Assembly: GCA_965199185.1 (NCBI GenBank)
Contig: CBDAQW010000004.1
Coordinates: 169,032 to 201,031 of the forward strand
Reading direction: 5' to 3'
Origin: Endozoicomonas sp.
Lineage (GTDB): Bacteria; Pseudomonadota; Gammaproteobacteria; Pseudomonadales; Endozoicomonadaceae
DNA: 32,000 nucleotides
The translations under genes were made by a program, and so were the position numbers. This document shows, piece by piece, positions 27,925 through 32,000 of this stretch (position 1 is its first letter; the number at the start of each line of letters is the position of its first letter). The notes beneath the pieces are model-generated. The model saw only the letters and a program-made list of their open reading frames with translations. It searched no databases and had not been told where the DNA came from.

Positions 27925-27951
27925 TCTGCCTGGTTAAATGAAGAGTTAAAA

Positions 27952-28142
27952 AGAGTTCATCATTAAGAAGCTGTTCATGATCTTTTGTAGATAGCGAAAA
28001 TGACGAGCAATCGTCTCTGAATAACGATCTCATAAGGCGCATAGTGGTGCTATGTAACGAATGAGACCGTTATTCAGAGACTGCTTATCGGCATTTGCAG
28101 CCTACAACAAGATCATGAACAGCTTCTAAGGATGATAACGCT
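27952..28142. repeat. Long imperfect palindrome (about 190 bp, arms about 85-90 bp), MITE/ERIC-like
   Basis: The left arm ...tcatcattaagaagctgttcatgatcttttgtagatagcgaaaatgacgagcaatcgtctctgaataacgatctcat pairs with the right arm atgagaccgttattcagagactgcttatcggcatttgcagcctacaacaagatcatgaacagcttctaaggatga. Confidence 0.75.
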
Positions 28143-28222
28143 TCCAGAACCAAAAGATGATAAGATATGCTGGATTGAGCAAATGCTTCTTGATAATCCG
28201 GGGGGTTAGTGGAGTCTTGAAG

Positions 28223-28777
28223 ATGGGGAAAAAGACGAACGATATTAACCATTCAGGCAGGAATAACATTGTGAATTATTTACTGATTGAATCGCCTCTT
28301 GGAACCTTATTGTTACTCAGTGATGGCAAAAATCTAAAACAACTTTCGTTTATTACGGATATTGATGATTTTAAAGCCCAGCCCGGATGGAAAAGAAGTA
28401 ATGATGCAGTACTTGATGCAGTCCATGATCAGTTAACCGAATGGTTTTCAGGCAAACGGCAAGTATTTGATCTGCCATTGTCGCCTGATGGAACTGAATT
28501 TCAGAAAACAGCCTGGTCGCAATTACAGAAAATCCCTTACGGGACTACCTGTACATACGGCGAGCAGGCGAAAGCCATTAATAAACCGACTGCTGTAAGA
28601 GCCATTGGTGCAGCCAATGGTCAAAATCCTATCGCTCTGATTATCCCGTGTCATCGGGTGGTTGGTGCCGATGGGTCCATGACCGGATATGCATTCGGCA
28701 CGAATATTAAACAAAAACTGCTGGCCTTTGAGGCAAAGCATCTGGCCAGGGCAACATCGCCTGAATCAACACCTTGA
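28223..28777 (+). CDS. ogt: Methylated-DNA--protein-cysteine methyltransferase
   Basis: IPCHRVVGADGSMTGYAFG active-site motif and YGEQAKAINKPTAVRAIGAANGQNP helix-turn-helix region. The start is uncertain: ATG 28223 is preferred over track start 28157. Confidence 0.85.
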   Translation: MGKKTNDINHSGRNNIVNYLLIESPLGTLLLLSDGKNLKQLSFITDIDDFKAQPGWKRSNDAVLDAVHDQLTEWFSGKRQVFDLPLSPDGTEFQKTAWSQLQKIPYGTTCTYGEQAKAINKPTAVRAIGAANGQNPIALIIPCHRVVGADGSMTGYAFGTNIKQKLLAFEAKHLARATSPESTP

Positions 28778-28801
28778 TTCGTTACACTACCCGGGGGAAC
28801 C

Positions 28802-29464
28802 ATGAGTCAAAAGCCAAAAGAAGTAATGGCTGACTTTCAGTTTTTTTGTGAATTCTTCTATCGTGCATTGCACGAAACACCGGATGCAGAATTTCTTGAA
28901 CAGGTAAGTCATTTGCCACTAGAGGAAATCTGGTCTTCCGATCATGTCAATGCCGATATAGAAGCAGGTTTGAAACTGCTAAAGAATGATTTGTCTGGCA
29001 CTGATATTGAAGCCTTGTCACAAGATTATGCGCAACTCTTCATTGGTCCGGAAAAACTGGGTGCCGCACCCTGGGGGTCCGTTTATTTAACGGAAGAACA
29101 AACTATTTGTGGTGATTCAACGCTGGCAGTAAAAGCATTTTACCGGGAAGCGGGTCTTGAGTTAGATACGGGAGCCAATGAGCCTGAAGACCATCTGGGT
29201 TTGATGTTTGCTTTTCTGGGGCAACAATTCTCCAATCTGTTTGATGCGATCGAGCAGAACCAACAGCCTGATCAGGTATTGAGCAGGGTCAGCAACTTCC
29301 TAACGCATCATGTACTGACCTGGGCACCTCGTTTTCTGGATGTTCTCCATCAGAATGCCGGCACCGATTTCTATCGGGGGCTGGCACTGTTAATCAAAGG
29401 AAGCCTGCAACCAATGGCGAGCAGCACCGGCGCGAATTATAAGGTAGTCAGGCTCTATCGCTGA
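28802..29464 (+). CDS. TorD/DmsD-family redox-enzyme maturation chaperone
   Basis: DYAQLFIGPEKLGAAPWGSVY...EPEDHLGLMFAFLG matches the conserved TorD/DmsD family blocks. Confidence 0.8.
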   Translation: MSQKPKEVMADFQFFCEFFYRALHETPDAEFLEQVSHLPLEEIWSSDHVNADIEAGLKLLKNDLSGTDIEALSQDYAQLFIGPEKLGAAPWGSVYLTEEQTICGDSTLAVKAFYREAGLELDTGANEPEDHLGLMFAFLGQQFSNLFDAIEQNQQPDQVLSRVSNFLTHHVLTWAPRFLDVLHQNAGTDFYRGLALLIKGSLQPMASSTGANYKVVRLYR

Positions 29465-29982
29465 TGCAAAATGAGAGTGTAGTGTCACCAGGGCGTCGGG
29501 CATTCTTCCGGCGTCTGGCAAAACCTGAAGTGGTAAAACTGCCTGAATCCAACTACCCACGCCCTCCCTGGGCTCAGGGTAATCGCGCATTTTTATCATT
29601 ATGTGACCGTTGTGGTTTATGTATTGATCATTGCCCACAGAGAGTGCTAAGAAAATCGGAAGAGCGTCTGCCGGTATTGCAGGCATTGCCGGTTTTATCG
29701 CTGGATTATGGCAGCTGTAATTATTGCGGTGAATGTGTTGATCAATGTTCTACCGGCGCACTGAGTCGAGAAAAGGGAAAAAAGGTTCAAACTCAGGCCA
29801 GATTAACCGGAAATTGCCAAAGAGCCTTCGATCCTCATTGCGATCTTTGTACGGATGCCTGCTTGGAAAGGGCGATTGAGTTGCAATCTAAAGGTATTTC
29901 TATTGATCAGGGAAAATGTACTGGTTGTGGAGAGTGTTCTCTTGATTGCTATAACAAGGCCATTTCAATAGTGAAATGTTAA
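29464..29982 (+). CDS. napF: Ferredoxin-type protein NapF-like (multiple 4Fe-4S clusters)
   Basis: RRAFFRR near the N-terminus, then RPPWAQGNRAFLSLCDRCGLCIDHCP, parallel to E. coli NapF RPPW...CTRCDACINACE. Further CxxCxxCxxxC motifs follow. Its start overlaps the upstream stop (ATGA-type coupling). Confidence 0.75.
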   Translation: MQNESVVSPGRRAFFRRLAKPEVVKLPESNYPRPPWAQGNRAFLSLCDRCGLCIDHCPQRVLRKSEERLPVLQALPVLSLDYGSCNYCGECVDQCSTGALSREKGKKVQTQARLTGNCQRAFDPHCDLCTDACLERAIELQSKGISIDQGKCTGCGECSLDCYNKAISIVKC

Positions 29983-30006
29983 TAGCTTGCCCCTGAGGGC
30001 AAGCTA
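29983..30006. terminator. Bidirectional terminator hairpin
   Basis: tagcttgccc-ctga-gggcaagcta, a perfect 10-bp stem between convergent napF-like and glgP. Confidence 0.6.
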
Positions 30007-30020
30007 GCAGGCTAACGGCT

Positions 30021-32000
30021 TTAGTCGTCTAGTGCCCACACGCGTTCAGCGTAATCAGCAATAGAACGGTCGGAGGAGAAACGCCCTAGTCTAGCGGTGT
30101 TCAGCACAGCCTTGCGCCACCACAGATCAGGTTTACGATATTCTTCTGCCACTTTCTTCTGAGCTTCACAGTAACTGTCGAAGTCAGCCAGCGCCATAAA
30201 GTAGTCGTTATTAATCAGGTCTTCTGCAACAGGCTTCAGCAAGTCCGGAATATGCGGGCAGAAAGAGCCGTCCATCAGTGAATCAATCGCTCGCTTCAGT
30301 GTCGGATTATTCTCGTAGTATTCTCGCGGGTTGTAACCTTCTTCACGCAGAGCAACAATTTCTTCAACACTCTTACCAAAGATGAAGCAGTTTTCTTCAC
30401 GTACGGCTTCGGCAATTTCCACGTTAGCACCGTCCATAGTACCGATAGTCAGAGCGCCGTTCAGACCCAGTTTCATGTTGCCGGTACCGGAGGCTTCATA
30501 ACCCGCGGTAGAAATTTGTTCAGAAACATCCGCTGCCGGAATGATCTTTTCTGCCAGGCTGACACGGTAATCCGGCAGGAAAACAACTTTCAGTCGGTCA
30601 TTCAGACGACGATCGTTGTTGATTGTCTGAGCCACTTTGTTGATAGCCAGAATGATCTGCTTGGCCAGTACATAACCAGGCGCTGCTTTGGCACCAAAGA
30701 TAAATACTCTTGGAGTGTAACGCTGGTCTGGATTCATCAGCATTTCATGGTACAGGCTGATGATATGCAGCAGATTCAGTTGCTGGCGCTTGTACTCGTG
30801 CAGACGCTTGATCTGAACGTCAAACAGAGCATTCGGGCTAACCACAACGCCGGTTTCTTCGCGAATAATACGAGCCAGGCGCTCTTTATTCTGGTGGCGA
30901 ATGCCAGCATAGACTTTCAGGAAGTCCGGAGAGTCAGCAAGCGGTTCCAGTTTTTCCAGTTGATCCAGGTCAGTGCGCCACTCGGTGCCCAGGTTGTCAT
31001 CCAGTAGTCGAGCCAGACCGGGGTTGCAGTGAGCCAGCCAGCGTCTTGGGGTGACACCGTTGGTAACATTCACCAGCTTGTTCGGGTACAGTTTGTCGAA
31101 CTCAGGGAACAGATTGCTTTTAACCAGATCACTGTGCAGAGCGGCTACACCATTCACACGACGACTGCCGATCACGGACAGGTTGGCCATGCGAATCATT
31201 CGGTCACCATTGTCCAGTTCTTCAAAAATACTGAGTTTCTGAATCACTTTGGTATTGTCACCGTAGAAGGCTTTCACTTCACCAGTCAGGAAGTGATAGT
31301 TGATCATCTCAATGATTTGCAGATGACGAGGAAGAATACGACCCAATAGTGAGGCAGACCATTTTTCCAGAGCTTCTGGCAACAGGGTATGGTTTGTGTA
31401 ATGGCAAACCTGACGGGTAATAGCCCAGGCTTCATTCCATACCATGCCTTCGTCGTCCATCAACAGGCGCATCAGTTCAGGAATAGCAATTGCTGGATGA
31501 GTGTCATTTAACTGCAGTGCATAGTGTTGAGGCAGTTCAGACAGCGGCAGTCCGCGTTGTTTGTGCTGACGGATAACGTCACGCAATGAACAGGCAACAA
31601 AGAAATACTGCTGAATCAAACGCAGATCTTTGCCTTGTGGTGTGGAATCTTCCGGATAAAGAACACCAGAAATAGTATCACCCTCCACCAGGTTACGGCA
31701 GGCTTCAAGGTATTCACCACGATTGTATTTATCCAGATCAATCGGGAAGTCTTCAATGAGGCTTTCCCACAGACGCAGACGGTTAACGAACTGGCCGCCG
31801 AAAGAAGGCACTGGAATATCCCAGGGCACACCGACCAGTTTCTTGGCCGGATACCACTTGTTGCTGCCATCACTGCCCACTTCAACATGACCAAACAGAC
31901 CGATTTCTACCGTTTCAGAAGGACGGCAGATTTCCCAGGGGCTACCCAGTTCACGCCAGACATCCGGAAATTCACGCTGATAACCGTCTTCAAATGCCTG
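30021..32000 (-). CDS. glgP: Alpha-glucan (glycogen/maltodextrin) phosphorylase, with its 5' end beyond the window
   Basis: EASGTGNMKLGLNGALTIGTMDGANVE PLP-lysine motif. The frame stays open from the track start (31880) to the window edge, reading ...FEDGYQREFPDVWRELGSPWEICRPSE... Confidence 0.9.
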   Translation of the reverse strand, partial: QAFEDGYQREFPDVWRELGSPWEICRPSETVEIGLFGHVEVGSDGSNKWYPAKKLVGVPWDIPVPSFGGQFVNRLRLWESLIEDFPIDLDKYNRGEYLEACRNLVEGDTISGVLYPEDSTPQGKDLRLIQQYFFVACSLRDVIRQHKQRGLPLSELPQHYALQLNDTHPAIAIPELMRLLMDDEGMVWNEAWAITRQVCHYTNHTLLPEALEKWSASLLGRILPRHLQIIEMINYHFLTGEVKAFYGDNTKVIQKLSIFEELDNGDRMIRMANLSVIGSRRVNGVAALHSDLVKSNLFPEFDKLYPNKLVNVTNGVTPRRWLAHCNPGLARLLDDNLGTEWRTDLDQLEKLEPLADSPDFLKVYAGIRHQNKERLARIIREETGVVVSPNALFDVQIKRLHEYKRQQLNLLHIISLYHEMLMNPDQRYTPRVFIFGAKAAPGYVLAKQIILAINKVAQTINNDRRLNDRLKVVFLPDYRVSLAEKIIPAADVSEQISTAGYEASGTGNMKLGLNGALTIGTMDGANVEIAEAVREENCFIFGKSVEEIVALREEGYNPREYYENNPTLKRAIDSLMDGSFCPHIPDLLKPVAEDLINNDYFMALADFDSYCEAQKKVAEEYRKPDLWWRKAVLNTARLGRFSSDRSIADYAERVWALDD

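Overview
This window looks like chromosome from a gammaproteobacterium, judging by its housekeeping genes (ligB, cca, radA, a ydiJ-like gene, glgP, ogt). The left 14.5 kb is a mosaic surface-polysaccharide locus. It starts with a translationally coupled operon of four LPS-core glycosyltransferases (GT9, GT2, GT4, GT4). Next comes a visibly AT-richer cassette holding an orphan GT-B-like protein, a hexapeptide acetyltransferase and a convergent O-antigen-ligase-like gene. A roughly 3.5 kb stretch of decayed mobile DNA follows. It contains an internally deleted IS701-like element carrying an IS630 nested at a TA site, a BrnT/BrnA-like toxin-antitoxin pair, gene remnants and an IS1595 transposase stub. 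After that come ugd and a UDP-glucuronate 4-epimerase. A small TIR-bounded MITE family occurs five times, once intact with an 8-bp target duplication and once as a MITE inside a MITE. A second nested element occurs twice. These repeats account for most of the small track ORFs. The right half is mostly ordinary: type IV pilin, ligB, cca, a cysteine-synthase-family gene, radA, ydiJ-like, an L,D-transpeptidase, ogt, an orphan TorD-like/NapF-like pair, and partial glgP. I see no convincing new multi-gene system. The best leads are a signal-peptide protein with a 9-bp x9 Ser/Glu repeat and a basic 36-bp x3 repeat, a roughly 190-bp imperfect palindrome after it, the MITE biology, and the orphan protein in the LPS cassette.
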